A program made the translations under genes and the position numbers. Source: Octopus sinensis (taxonomy: Eukaryota). From it: a stretch of 48,640 nt of DNA. Below, one piece after another: positions 11,761 to 24,830 of the stretch. The stretch lies in assembly GCF_006345805.1 (NCBI RefSeq), contig NW_021834415.1, positions 1 to 48,640 of the forward strand, read 5' to 3'. Positions within the stretch are counted from its first letter, which is position 1, and the number at the start of each line of letters is the position of its first letter. The notes beneath the pieces were generated by a model. That model searched no databases, was not told where the DNA came from, and saw nothing but the letters and a program-made list of their open reading frames with translations.

Positions 11761-12016
11761 TAGAAGAAACTTAAATAATATCTGTCACTTGTGTTTTGAA
11801 CCCTGTCAGTCAGTAGCTGGTCTTAAAAAGTCATCTGAGGGCCCATCAACGGAGGGATTGTGTTGCGTGATGGGGTGTGGTGTGTATGTTGCTGGGACGG
11901 CTATCATCTGTCAAGATGAAGCAATCATCATATCACCACGTATGCATGTATGTGTATGTATGTATGTATGTATGTATGTATGTATGTATGTATGTATGTA
12001 TGTATGTATGTATGTA

Positions 12017-12402
12017 TGGTGGAGGCGCAATGGCCCAGTGGTTAGGGCAGCGGACTCGCGGTCGTAGGATCGCGGTTTCGATTCCCAGACCGGGCGTTGT
12101 GAGTGTTTATTGAGCGAAAACACCTAAAGCTCCACGAAGCTCCGGCAGGGGATGGTGGTGATCCCTGCTGTACTCTTTCATCACAACTTTCTCTCACTCT
12201 TACTTCCTGTTTCTGTTGTACCTGTATTTCAAAGGGCCGGCCTTGTCACTCTCTGTGTCACGCTGAATATCCCCGAGAACTACGTTAAGGGTACACGTGT
12301 CTGTGGAGTGCTCAGCCACTTACACGTTAATTTCACGAGCAGGCTGGTCCGTTGATCGGATCAACCGGAACCCTCATCGTCGTAACCGACGGAGTGCTTC
12401 CA
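12017..12402 (+). mobile_element. tRNA-derived SINE family C, full length
   Basis: A-box-like tggcccagtggtta and B-box-like ggtttcgattcc; near-identical copies at 40232-40613 (-) and 42078-42463 (+); flanked by (TATG)n. Confidence 0.92.
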
Positions 12403-12703
12403 AAATGTATGTATGTATGTATGTATGTATGTATGTATGTATGTATGTATGTATGTATGTATGTATGTATGTATGTATGTCATTATTCAGTTTATTTCAA
12501 GATTTCTTGCCAATAGAGAAACAACCGGTTTTTAACCTAGATCCAAGGCTCCTTCATTAGAATTTCAACATCATCAACAAGGTATTTTCGTATGTTTGTA
12601 TGTATGTATGTATGTTTGTATGTATGTATGTATGTATGTTATGTATGTATGTATGTATGTATATGTATGTGTGTGTGTGTGTGTATGTGTGTCTGTGTAA
12701 ATG

Positions 12704-12737
<34 letters not shown>

Positions 12738-12835
12738 TGTATGTATGTATGTATGTATGTATGTATGTATATATGTATATGTATGTATGTGTGTGTGTGT
12801 GTGTCTGTGTAAATGTATATATGTACGTATGTATG

Positions 12836-12886
<51 letters not shown>

Positions 12887-13135
12887 CTGTGTGTGTCTGT
12901 GTAAATGTATATATGCACGTATGTATGTAAGCATGCATAATGCATGTATGCGTGCGCGCATATAGGTCATTGCTAAATGGCATTGTTGAAATATTCCAGA
13001 ACCATTAATGGTAAAAGTGAGAATACCACACAAAAGTTATGGATCACGACATTGCAATTTGGTCTTTTGTGGAGCCATTTCCGATATTAAAAGCAAAATT
13101 ACAAGAATGAATCATGTTGCTGCTTCTGCTGCTGT

Positions 13136-13172
<37 letters not shown>

Positions 13173-13421
13173 TGCTGGTGTTGTTCATGTTTTTTTCTTT
13201 TCTTTTTGTTTTATTGATCAAACTCATAAATGTGTGTTGTTGTTGGTCACGTGGATGTATTTGGTTGTTTTGGCTTACAAATAATTGCATAATTATATGT
13301 AATTATACGGATGTAAGAAGCAAATATACTAAATAAGCACGTGAAATTGCCAGTGTTGTTGTTGTTGCTGATTTTGATAATAGTTATGATGATGGTGATG
13401 AAACATATAAATAGACACACA

Positions 13422-13460
<39 letters not shown>

Positions 13461-13513
13461 GCGCGCGCACACACACACACACACACGCACACACATATGT
13501 ATCTCTCTCTTCC

Positions 13514-13548
<35 letters not shown>

Positions 13549-13554
13549 ACCGAC

Positions 13555-13790
13555 GTACATGTGGCTGAGCACTCCACAGACACGTGTAACCCTTAACTTA
13601 GGAGATTCAGCGTGACACAGAATGTGACAAGGCTGACTCCCTTTTGAATTAAAGGTACACCTCATTTTTGCTAGCTGAATGGACTGGAGCATCTTGAAAT
13701 AAAAAGTCTTGCTCAAGGACACAATGCGCGGCTAGGAATCGAACTCTCGACGTTACGATCGGGAGCTTGATACCTAACCACTAAGTCACG
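13555..13790 (-). mobile_element. SINE with the family-C tail but a different head/core
   Basis: Tail gtggctgagcactccacagacacgtg...gtgacaagg is shared with family C; the head (ggaatcgaactc...ctaaccactaag) differs. Confidence 0.7.
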
Positions 13791-14063
13791 TGTTTTCACA
13801 GATTATACACGATAAATACTAAGATATATTGCTGTAACATTTTAAGAAATGAGCACGGCACAAGGAGCGAGTGCTCATAACATGAAGAAAATGCATTAGA
13901 GACATGTCACCAAAAAAGTCACAGTGTGTAACGAAAGAACCTTGACAAACCAGTTTGGGTAATTTCCCAGAAACGCATTCTGCGTGAGGAATATATTGTT
14001 AAACAGCGGGGGTGGAGGGAAGGTATATCAAACTCCTTAATCAATTAAAATTACATTACCTAC

Positions 14064-14188
14064 CTGTTGAAAGTGCTTTCCGGTATTTGTTTCCGGCTTG
14101 TAGTTGGCTGTAAGTGTAGCATACGCCGTGGTCCGTATAAATTTGTTCAAAGTTCTTGAAAGTACATGGTTCTGATCCCCACATGCAT
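14064..14188 (-). CDS. DEG/ENaC channel exon (CxW...C...TDHGVCYT)
   Basis: Acceptor tttctcAG|A, donor G|GTaggt. Encodes CMWGSEPCTFKNFEQIYTDHGVCYTYSQLQAGNKYRKALST, matching the conserved CxW...F...T..GxCYTF segment. Not shown in this frame in the ORF track. Confidence 0.93.
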
Positions 14189-14261
14189 CTGAGAAAGCAA
14201 AAGATGATGAAGAAGAAGATGGAGGAGGTAGCGGAGGAGAAGTAGAAGTATAAAGGAAAGC

Positions 14262-14293
<32 letters not shown>

Positions 14294-14298
14294 TAATA

Positions 14299-14833
14299 CA
14301 GGCAGTGGCTCTCATGGCTTCTAATCTTAACTGATTGGAAGTGTTATCATGTACATTGTTTTGTCTTGGTATGAAAGATGGGCTACAGCAAATATTCTGC
14401 TCAATACCACAGATTTGCTTGTCAGTTGTTTGACCTTAACCAGTTGAGCATGTCCCTTAGTGGCTGACGATATGTGCATCTCTGATCACGAGCAGAAGTA
14501 GTGGGGGAACATCATAGCCATGTGTCGAGAAGGATTCTTTGGGGTGTGAATAATTCACCTTTGGAAACATGGGTGTTTCGTTCAGTATCCTTAAACAACC
14601 CTCATTCAGGGACCTTTTGAGCAGGATGGGTTGCTCGACCAGAAGAAAGTTCTAACTGGGCCCCACCTGCAAGGTCATGTGCCGTTTATCTTGATATGAG
14701 ATCACCATGTCGCACACATATGGTTGTGATGCATGTGCCTAGTGTACTCTTATCAGACGGGTAGTCATGATGGGTATACTGGGCTTTGTATATTTTACCC
14801 CAGTGTCACTTTGATGGCATGCACTGCTCTCTC

Positions 14834-14834
<1 letters not shown>
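14299..14834. mobile_element. ~540-bp interspersed repeat embedded in (AAT)n on both sides
   Basis: Second copy at 1078-1430; (AAT)n at 14263-14298 and 14835-14891. Confidence 0.85.
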
Positions 14835-14864
<30 letters not shown>

Positions 14865-14929
14865 TAATAATAATAATAATAATAATAATAAAACGATTAA
14901 GTCATGCAACAAATTGAGAACATTGTCAG

Positions 14930-15330
14930 TAAAGAATGCTATGTGGCTGAGAAATCGAAACTTGATACAAGAAGCTAAATCACTAATTGTAACAGCTCAA
15001 GTACAAGGCATTGTAATGAATTTTATAAAGACAAAAATTGATAAAAGCCAGTCAATAAAAACTAGTCAGAGTGCAAAAGCAGAATGTGTGGAAAAGAAGA
15101 CAAAGGTACTAACTATCTTCTTAGGAAGTGCAATAATCTGACACAAAAGAGGTATAAGCGAAGATATTGACTATTTTGGTAAAAGTGTATTAGAATGCTA
15201 TCCAGGTTTGTAGGTTTGAAGTGACGAAAAAGAGGTATGAATACGAACCACATAATGTCATTGTAACAGATGATTACGTAGTTTTATGGGATCTTTCCAT
15301 GGAAACTGATCATATTATGGAAGCAAAAGA
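14930..15330 (+). mobile_element. Degenerate R4/Dong-like LINE C-terminal fragment
   Basis: WLRNRNLIQEAKSLIVTAQVQGIVMNFIKTKIDKSQ, then YEPHNVIVTDDYVVLWDLSMETDHIMEAK, parallel to the RLE-LINE segment at 45000-45400. Confidence 0.7.
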
Positions 15331-15879
15331 ATAGTAAATAAAATTAAAATTGTAGAACCTTTAAACGAATGTCAACAAACTGAGGAAGCCATAATTATAT
15401 TTCACAGATAACTCTCACCCAGTAAAAATTAATGAGACATTAAATGTAAAAAATTTTTGAAGAGAGATAACTTATTCATAAGAAAATGTACAATATTTTG
15501 AAAAATAGTAAAAACAATAAACAATTGCAGCGTGGAAGGTGTTTATAAGCCATTTAAGAAACACACAAAAACAGTTAGATTCACTTCAACATTTGAATTT
15601 AATTTGTCTAAATATTTTCGTCGCTTTGAGACCGCAACCTGTTCACTGACAAAATTCCGTGCAATGCAAGTACATCTCCTTAAAGTAAAAACAATATTTT
15701 TCATAAAATAAATTTCTATTAAATTTCTTTAAGAAGTAGTATCTTATTGCGGAAACCCCGCATTTTTTCACGAAACACGGGTTTCTAGGAAGCCAATTTT
15801 TGAAACACTGTTTTACGATCTTAAGAGAGAAGGACACATTACATAATGTAACAGTAAATGCTCCAATAAAAGACAAGCT

Positions 15880-16060
15880 AGAATCCATAATCCTTTTGTG
15901 CTAGTATATTGTATTCCATGAGAAGATGATTGATAATTTAATACCCTTTTCAATACATTCTGCGTTTGCAGTCTGACTTTGTCTTTATCAATCTTAGTCT
16001 TTATTAAATTCGTTCTAGTAACGACAACGACACCAGAAACGTTACAAGCGATAATCGGTA
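15880..16060 (-). mobile_element. Short degenerate R4/Dong-like LINE fragment
   Basis: TRTNLIKTKIDKDKVRLQ resembles the RTN..K..IDK..CR motif upstream of the CCHC knuckle. Confidence 0.5.
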
Positions 16061-16127
16061 TATGAGAAATAAGTCTACACCACTTCCCCCAAGAAACAAG
16101 AAACAAGAAAGCCAGCATAATACTCAC

Positions 16128-16292
16128 GATATGATCATATCTTCTTTCTGGTGTGCAACAGATTTGAACAGCTCCTCCATCGTTATGTTGTTATAACCAA
16201 ATCTCTCCAGTTCTGATGAGTCTACATATCTCACGTTATTGTAAATATATTCCAGTAACCGATACCGTTGAAGTTCTGCGGCTTTAGTCGCT
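16128..16292 (-). CDS. DEG/ENaC channel exon (finger region)
   Basis: Acceptor ttcaacAG|A completes CG|A (Arg); donor TC|GTgagt. Encodes ATKAAELQRYRLLEYIYNNVRYVDSSELERFGYNNITMEELFKSVAHQKEDMII; 165 nt, phases match both neighbours. Confidence 0.9.
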
Positions 16293-17051
16293 CTGTTGAA
16301 GATATATATATATTCCATCATTGAGGTTAGGATGGCAACAACACTAATTATTACCTACCGAAATTTAAGAAAGCCTTGCATATCTTTACTGTCCCACTTA
16401 CAGATCGTATATGTAACGTTAGTAGCGTTAGCCGGTCTCTTTCTTTCCTTGACAATTCTGGGTTGTATATAGGCATGCATCTATGTATGTATTTATGTAT
16501 CTATGTATATTTATTTGTATGGCTCTTTTTGAATATTGAATTTTTAGTGAAATTCTGCTTTAAGCACCCCTTATATATCCCTCATGACTCTTATTATTGC
16601 TTGGAATTTTCAAAAATTTTTTCCGAATTTGTACTCTACACACGAAAATTCATACGATTATGCAAACCACTCTATCAAATTTTTTTGGTGCGTGATTTAA
16701 GGGCTATCTAGCTATCATTTTTAGCACATCTCACGACCACCTCATACGCTCCCCGTTTGTTAGTCAGTCTGACATATTGATGTTTAGCAATAACTTTTTC
16801 TCCCCATAAATACATTTAATGTTCTATTGCTGAGATTTAAGCCAAAAATTTGGACTGTTCTTATTTAATATGATTCCAAAAATCGAAAAAAATGAAAAAT
16901 TTTTTTTTAATTTCGAAAAATTAGAAAAAAATGTTTCTCATAGTCGTCTGAATTCCCTATATAGGATACAAAGTCACGAAAATTCTGGAAAAATTCATTA
17001 AAAAATTCACAATTCACAAAAATTCTAAAAAAAAAAAAAAAAGTAATGAGA

Positions 17052-17216
17052 GGCGTAGGAGTGGCTGTGTGGTAAGTAGCTTGCTTACCAACCACATGGT
17101 TCCGGGTTCAGTCCCACTGAGAGGCACCTTGGGCAAGTGTCTTCTACTATAGCCTCTGGCCGACCAAAGCCTTGTGAGTGGATTTGGTAGACGGAAACTG
17201 AAAGAAGCCCGTCGTA

Positions 17217-17275
<59 letters not shown>

Positions 17276-17503
17276 GTGTGTATGTTTGTGTGTCCGTGTT
17301 TGTACCCCCAACATCGCTTGACAACCGATGCTGGTGTGTTTACGTCCCCGTGACTTAGCGGTTCAGCAAAAGAAGACCGATAGAATAAGTACTGGGCTTA
17401 CAAAGAATAAGTCCCGGGGTCGATTTGCTCGACTAAAGGCGGTGCTCCAGCATGGCCACAGTCAAATGACTGAAACAAGTAAAAGAGTAAAAGAGTAAAA
17501 GAG
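17052..17503 (+). mobile_element. SINE family A, full length with (TAAAAGAG)n tail
   Basis: tRNA-like head, internal (TA)(TG), tandem tail; possible gagagg TSD at 17048 and 17501. Confidence 0.93.
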
Positions 17504-17735
17504 AGGTTATATGACGTGCTTAAAGCAGAATTCTGTCATTTAAAATTTTTTTATTGATTTCAGTCATTGAGTAGCTGCTTTCAAGGCTTTTAGTCTCGGG
17601 CTCTATACATAGTGGCGGTGCCCCAGCATGGCCACAGCTCGTGAGCTGAAACTAGAATCAATCAATAGTATTCAAGAGTGAGGCACCTGCTGTCTCTCTT
17701 CCTTATGATTTCAATATATAAATACATATTATGCA

Positions 17736-17945
17736 AACATTTATTCTTTTATTCTTTTACCTGTTTCAGTCATTTTGCGGCCATGGTGGAGCACTGCATT
17801 GAAGAATTTTTATGGAACAAATCGACCCCAGGACTTTTTAATGTCCAGTACTTATTCTATCGGTCTCTTTTGCCGAACCGCTAAGTTACTGGGGCGTAAA
17901 CACACCAACACCAGTTGTCAAACCGGGGACAAACACAGATACAAA
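17736..17945 (-). mobile_element. SINE family A 3' half, inverted relative to 17052-17503
   Basis: Reverse complement of 17300-17503. Confidence 0.85.
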
Positions 17946-18493
17946 GATACTGAGAGAGAGAGAGACAGACATACAGACAGTGAGTGAAAGAGACAGAGAG
18001 CGAGAGAGACAAAGAGCGAGAGAGATAAAGAGCGAAAGCGACAGGGAATAGGAGAGACAGAGAGACAGACAGACAGAGTGGGAGAGATAAAGAGAGAGAT
18101 CGGGAGATATAAAGCGCAAGAGAGACAGTGAGTGAAAGAGACAGAGAGCGAGAGAGACAAAGAGCGAGAGAGATAGAGAGCGAGAGAGACAGAGAGTGAA
18201 AGAGGCAGGGAACAGGAGAGACAGAGAGACAGACAGACAGAGTTGGAGAGATAAAGAGTAAGAGAGACAGAGAGCGGGAAAGAGAGAGAGAGAGAGAGAT
18301 AGATAGAGAGAGAGAGAGAAAGAGCGGGAGATATAAAGCGCAAGAGAGACAGAGAGTGAAAGAGACAGAAAGCGAGAGAGGCAGGAGAGCGAGTGAGACA
18401 GAGAGCGAGAGATAGTGATCAAGAGAGATAAAGAGCAAGAGAGACAGAAAGCGAGAGAGACAGAAAGTGGGAGAGATAGAGAGCGAGAGAGAC
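17946..18493. repeat. GA-rich compound microsatellite
   Basis: (GA)n/GAGACA/GAGCGA units; source of the SLSLS ORFs. Confidence 0.93.
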
Positions 18494-19656
18494 ATGTCTC
18501 ATACGGCCCGCTTCTTGAAAAAGTTGCCCATGCGTGTCCAAGTTGTAGGGGTTAGTGATGGGTATGAAAATACAATATGTCGTTCTGAACCAAATACAGG
18601 TAACCCTTTAGCACAAAGTATAGAACCTGATAGGCACCCGGATTCGAATTACAAAGGAAACCATGGCAAACAGCATGGCAGATGTGCAGCTTCGGTGGAA
18701 GGGTCACCCGGTGACAAACGGCGGCCCTCACGTGCTTGTGTATCGTTAGAGAGCCTCAGTCAGATCAATGATTAGGATCACCAAGCTTCTGAAGTGCATT
18801 AGTACAAACGTACTCAGACTACCATCCACCCGACCAACCGTCCAGCAGTCATGGAAGTTATTGATCAACAACGAAGTAACCCGAGTAAGATCGGCCAGCT
18901 GATCAAGTCCCATACACCCTCGGGACGGATTGCTTCTAGCACGAGGTGTAAATATTACATCAAAATGTCACTGAATACAAATCACTTCCTTTTGTACTCG
19001 GACAATCTACAACAAAACTACATCAACAATAAATAAATAATACATTAGAGTATAATGCTTTAATATTGGTATTAGAATATTAATTTTCTGTTGAAGTTCT
19101 TTAATATATGAATGTATTCTTTAGAGGCTGTTCAATAGCCACGACATTTACCCTTCGTTTCCTGGTTTTAACCCAACCAAGCCAGTATAGCCGTGGAAGC
19201 CTTGAATATTTTAACCAACGCCATCTAAGAGATACTTTAGGGACAGCTGAGCAAATAGCAGCGTGAAAAAGCAGAAAAGAGCAATGTCGTAGGTTGAAAC
19301 TATGCTGACGAATAACTAAACATTACGCATATATTAAGTGTCTGTGTTCATGTGCGTGTATGTACGTATATATGTATGTATATGGAGTGATGTAACGATA
19401 AATATTAATAGATAGATATACGTATACACACAGGCGGATGTTGACATATTACTACATTTGCAGTCGGGTGTAATATGCCTTTTCGGGAATTATTGCCCCA
19501 GCTTTAGTGTGACATTTCACGTTTATTGCCGCGAGTAATTGGAAAATATTGGCAACTGCTGATCGTTGATTATATATACATACATGCATACACACATGCG
19601 TTTGTATGTATGTATGTATGTATGTATGTATGTATGCATGTATGTATGTATGTATG

Positions 19657-19687
<31 letters not shown>

Positions 19688-19707
19688 AATATACATATAT
19701 ATGTATG

Positions 19708-19741
<34 letters not shown>

Positions 19742-19802
19742 TGTATATAAATATATATATGTATATGTATATATTATATGTGTGTGTACATGTAGGTATA
19801 TA

Positions 19803-19842
<40 letters not shown>

Positions 19843-20654
19843 TATATGCATGTGTTCATACAGACACGTACATACATATTACATGCATATTACATGCATA
19901 TTACACACACACACACACGCTCACACACGCACGCACACACATTCAATCATATATGCTCACTAACGGATTGGTGAATTGTGTGTGTATTGTGGAGAAAGGG
20001 GGGGGGGGGAAACCGGACATAAGGATGATTATGTCAGACATCCACTTAAATGGTCGCAGAAAAAACAATTGGTTGAAAATATCGAGGCTACAGTCAGCTT
20101 GACATTACAGACTAACTTTCAGACTGTTTAATTCAAATGGGAAACAATACTGGTGGCGGGAGAAAACACACGAAAGGAATAAATTAATGGATAGATAAAT
20201 GGATAAATATAAATAGATCTATGGGAAGAGACTTATTGATTGCAGCTTACACTAAAGCACGAATAATATAGTAGGGATATGTGCAACGTATTCAGAACAT
20301 TTGAATATTATTAACACACGCACTGATTCAATTTCACTTCTTTCATATTAGTCAATTGGTTAAATATCCAACTAAACTAATCGATTGTTTGTTTAATTTG
20401 GTGGAACTTTACTTTTTTTAAAATAATTTTTTGTAACTAGACACTTTAAAACTTCGTATACTTGTAGAATGTGTCACATAAAACATCTTTTACTGTTGGC
20501 GTTGTTGAGAAAATTCTGCATTTTGGAAGTTATTTCGAGTTAAAGTTGTCGTATTTCGGTAATTTCAACCAATCAATGACGTGTATTCAGCTGAATAAAA
20601 TTAGTGCTTTTTCTGTGAACAACAACTTCCGGCGGTGTATATTTCGTTTCTCAC

Positions 20655-20656
<2 letters not shown>

Positions 20657-20721
<65 letters not shown>

Positions 20722-21040
20722 TTATTATTATTATCATTATTATTATTATTACTATTATTATTATTAAAAAGGCTTCGAGCTAGCAGAATCGTTACCTCGC
20801 CGGACGAAATGCTTAGCAGTATTTCGATCGTCGTTACTTTCTGAGTTCGAATTCCGCTGTAGGCGACTTTGCATTTCATCCTTTCGAGGTCGATAAATTA
20901 AGTACCAGTGAAACACTGGGGTTGTTATAATCGACTTCTTCCCTCCCCGCAAATTTCAGGCTTTGTGCCTTTAGACGAAAGGATTATTATTATTGTTGTT
21001 GTTGTTGTTGGTAGTGGTGATGTTATTACGGTTATCATTA

Positions 21041-21113
<73 letters not shown>

Positions 21114-21139
21114 CATTATTATCATTATTATTATTATTA

Positions 21140-21182
<43 letters not shown>

Positions 21183-21190
21183 CATTATTA

Positions 21191-21255
<65 letters not shown>

Positions 21256-21319
21256 GTTATTATTATCATTATTATCATTATTATCATTATTATTATTATT
21301 ATTATTATTGTTATTATTA

Positions 21320-21391
<72 letters not shown>
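20657..21391. repeat. (ATT)n tracts (20657-20766, 20984-21391) flanking a family-B SINE (20767-20980, +)
   Basis: Direct inspection. Confidence 0.92.
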
Positions 21392-21545
21392 CCTAAGCAG
21401 GAAGGAGTTCCGCATGTATACCAATACCCGGAGATACCCGTAGGTATAATAACATCTGTTAGCCAAAGGAAAGCTTTTTACCCAAAATACACTAAACACC
21501 CCTCACACATACACGCATGTAAATGTGTGTGTTTATGCAGAATAT

Positions 21546-21603
<58 letters not shown>

Positions 21604-21682
21604 CGTTTGTTTTCCACCTGCCTTCGTCTTTTGTCTATTTTCATAAAGCTTCCCGTTATATATATATATACATGTGTATATA

Positions 21683-21992
21683 TACCGTGATCACCGTGAC
21701 CGACCAGGCTATCAGATGTTGCTACACATCGCAGGTCACGATGCGCTTCGCATTTTTTTAGCCTTCAAATGACGCCATCCCGCTGGCTAAGCGAGCAGGC
21801 TAACAGAAGAAAGAATGAGAGAAAGTTGTGGCGAAAGAGTACAGCAGGGATCGCCACCACCCCCTGCCGGAGCCTTGTGGAGCTTTAGGTGTTTTCGCTC
21901 AATAAACACTCACAACGCCCGGTCTGGGAATCGAAACCGCGATCCTACGACCGCGAGTCCGCTGCCCTAACCACTGGGCCATTGCGCCTCCA
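21683..21992 (-). mobile_element. SINE with the family-C head/core and an alternative tail
   Basis: Head identical to 12020-12190, then tail ...gctcgcttagccagcggg...gtcggtcacggtgatcacggtat. Confidence 0.88.
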
Positions 21993-22022
21993 CGTATATA
22001 TACATATATACATTTATGCAGA

Positions 22023-22053
<31 letters not shown>

Positions 22054-22200
22054 TGTATGTATGTATGTATGTATGTACGTACGTACGTATGTATGTATGT
22101 ATGTAATGTATGTATGTATGTATGTATGTATGTATGTATGTATGTATGTATGTATGTATGTACGTACGTATGTATGTATGTATGCATGTATGTATGTGTG

Positions 22201-22231
<31 letters not shown>

Positions 22232-22423
22232 TGTATGTATGTATGCATGTATGTATGTGTGTATGTATGTGTGTATGTATGTATGTATGTATGTATGTAT
22301 GTATGTAGTATGTATGTATGTATGTAAATGCATTATTTCAAGTAGTTCCATTCAGCTCCGCACGGCTTAAAGTGACGCAGAAGTCTTTCAGAATCCTAGT
22401 TCGTTCAGCTCTCAGACTACCGA

Positions 22424-22527
<104 letters not shown>

Positions 22528-22620
22528 TTAATCCAAACAAGAAAACACAAAAAAAAAACACAGCAACGCGAGGACGTGGAACAAATAAAGTATTATTGGA
22601 CGCTCAGGAAAGAAGGGAAG

Positions 22621-22663
<43 letters not shown>

Positions 22664-23056
22664 TACATACATACATACATACATACATACATACATACAT
22701 ACATACATACGTAATGTACAATATCACTGTATCAACAAGCTTATCTAATATTGTTATGCATCGCTGATCTCAATGCTTTAGCCTTCGTATGACGTCAGTC
22801 TGTGTACTGGATGAGTAGGTCAACATTCCATTCCTACCTAAACGGAATTCCAGTTCGTTGCATGGTTACCCGTTTACAGCCGAGTGGCCTGGAACAAGGT
22901 GAAACGAAATATTTTACTCAGGAACACAACGCAGCCACCCTCTAGGAATCGAACGTAGGATTTTGTGATCGTAAGTGCAAAACCCAAGTGACATAGGACA
23001 CGCACCTTCACATATGTTGAATATATGTGTATATAAATATGATACAATGTTATATA

Positions 23057-23112
<56 letters not shown>

Positions 23113-23220
23113 AAAAATAATAATGAAATTATTGTATACAGTGCTCAGGTGCACCACAACATATGTATGTATGTATGCATGTATGCATGTATGTATGTAT
23201 GAATGTAATTGTTGTTGTGT

Positions 23221-23577
23221 GGGCCAGTCGATTAGATCGACCCCAGTACGCAACTGGTACTTAACTTATCGACCCCGAAAGGACGAAAGGCAAAATCGAG
23301 CTCGGCGGGATTTCAACTCAAAACGTAGCAGCAGACGAAATACCTGTTTCTTTACTACCCACAAGGGGCTAAACACAGAGAGGACAAACAAGGACAGACA
23401 AACGGATTAAGTCGATTATATCGACCCCAGTGCGTAACTGGTACTTATTTAATCGACCCCGAAAGGATAAAAGGCAAAGTCGACCTCGGCGGAATTTGAA
23501 CTCAGAACGTAGCGGCAGACGAAATACCACTAAAGCATTTTGCCCGGCGTGCTAACGATTCTGCTAGCTCGCCGCCT
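23221..23577 (-). mobile_element. SINE family B, partial dimer
   Basis: Same internal junction as 9058-9365. Confidence 0.9.
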
Positions 23578-23789
23578 TCATAGATATGTCTATTAAAATT
23601 GAAATCAACGGATATACTTCATGAAATTGGATCTCCCTTCGAATCGGGTAATTTCCCGAATTTAAAACTAACAGAAGACCTCCACATAATAATTTCATCA
23701 TTTAAATATTACCAATTGGCAGTTGATGGTTTATTTTAAAGATGAAAGCTATTAGTTCCAGGACGTGTTATTTTCTTGTCGTTACGAAT

Positions 23790-23852
<63 letters not shown>

Positions 23853-24254
23853 TACACACACACACACATGCAAATGCACGTGTTTATATATATATATATA
23901 TATATGTAAAAGTTAAAAAAATACACAAACTGGGACAAGAACGTGAAACATTTAGAAGACGACGAAAAAACACAGACGGGACTTTCGAAGCTCTCAGTCA
24001 TCAGTCAAGAACCAGACCATCTTCGCAATTTCGGCTGATTAATCTTGAGATTGCTCCTATCTGGGCAGCCACCAAGGGAAATCTAAGCCAAACGCATTAG
24101 ATTCCTTGGAAGAAAGCCTCCAAAGTATACAAAGTGACGGAAAATAGACGAAGTTACTCGAAAAAAATTCAAAAATACGTAAAAACAATAAAGATAGCAC
24201 AGTAAGAATATAAAATATGTAAAAACAGTAATAACAGAACCTATATATATATAT

Positions 24255-24465
24255 AGTTGGTTAATCCAAACAAGAAAGCACAAAAAAACACAACAACGCG
24301 AGGACGTGGAACAAATATAGTATTATTGGACGCTCAGGAAAGAAGGAAAGAAAGAGGGCTTAACGTTTCGAGCGGAGCTCTTCGTCAGAAACATAGGAGC
24401 AGGAAAGATCCAGAGAAGGGAAGACAGAGTAAAAAAAATCGCCAACGGTACACACGAGGTCACAT
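24255..24465 (-). mobile_element. Penelope-like terminal repeat carrying a minimal hammerhead; tail piece also at 22526-22619
   Basis: Shared gttaatccaaacaagaaa...ggacgctcaggaaagaagg; hammerhead motif at 24358-24392. Confidence 0.7.
24358..24392 (-). ncRNA. Minimal type I hammerhead ribozyme motif
   Basis: guuu-CUGACGA-A-GAGC(ucc)GCUC-GAAACGU-U-aagc: intact core, 4-bp helix II, palindromic helix III, GUU site. Confidence 0.6.
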
Positions 24466-24518
24466 AAATGGATGGATAGATATGTGTGCGTGTGTTTATG
24501 TGAGTGTGTATACATATA

Positions 24519-24830
24519 TTGTTGTTTGGGATACAGGGGCAAAGGCATGTACCATCATAGAGGTATGCTGCCCTGCAGATATAAATACCCCTTTGAAATT
24601 CAAAGAAAAAGAGGATATATATGGACAACTGCTTCGAAACCTCCAGCTTCTATATCCAGACTGAATTCATATTCATACCAATAATAAATGGAGCACTAGG
24701 TTTTGTTAGTAATTGCTTAAAGGAGAATCTGGATAAACAGGGATTTTCAGAAAGATAAATTAACCGGCTCCAAGTGCAATCTGTGAGTGGAACAGTAAAA
24801 ATATGCAAGACTTTTCTCAAGTTCCAAATG
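24519..24830 (+). mobile_element. RLE LINE endonuclease C-terminal fragment
   Basis: VVWDTGAKACTIIEVCCPADINTPLKFKEKEDIYGQLLRNLQLLYPD, then FIPIINGALG...SVSGTVKICKTFLKF. Confidence 0.75.

Noticed and set aside
12020-12100. tRNA genes at SINE heads (also 17052, 36280, 42078)
   Set aside because: A/B boxes are present but they run into SINE bodies, with no complete cloverleaf or acceptor stem.
18467-19036. Plus-strand ORFs in a GC-richer stretch
   Set aside because: No recognisable domain in any frame; left unassigned.
23985-24015. Hammerhead-like CTGATGA...GAAA on the minus strand
   Set aside because: Helix III and stem I do not pair; a decayed or chance match.
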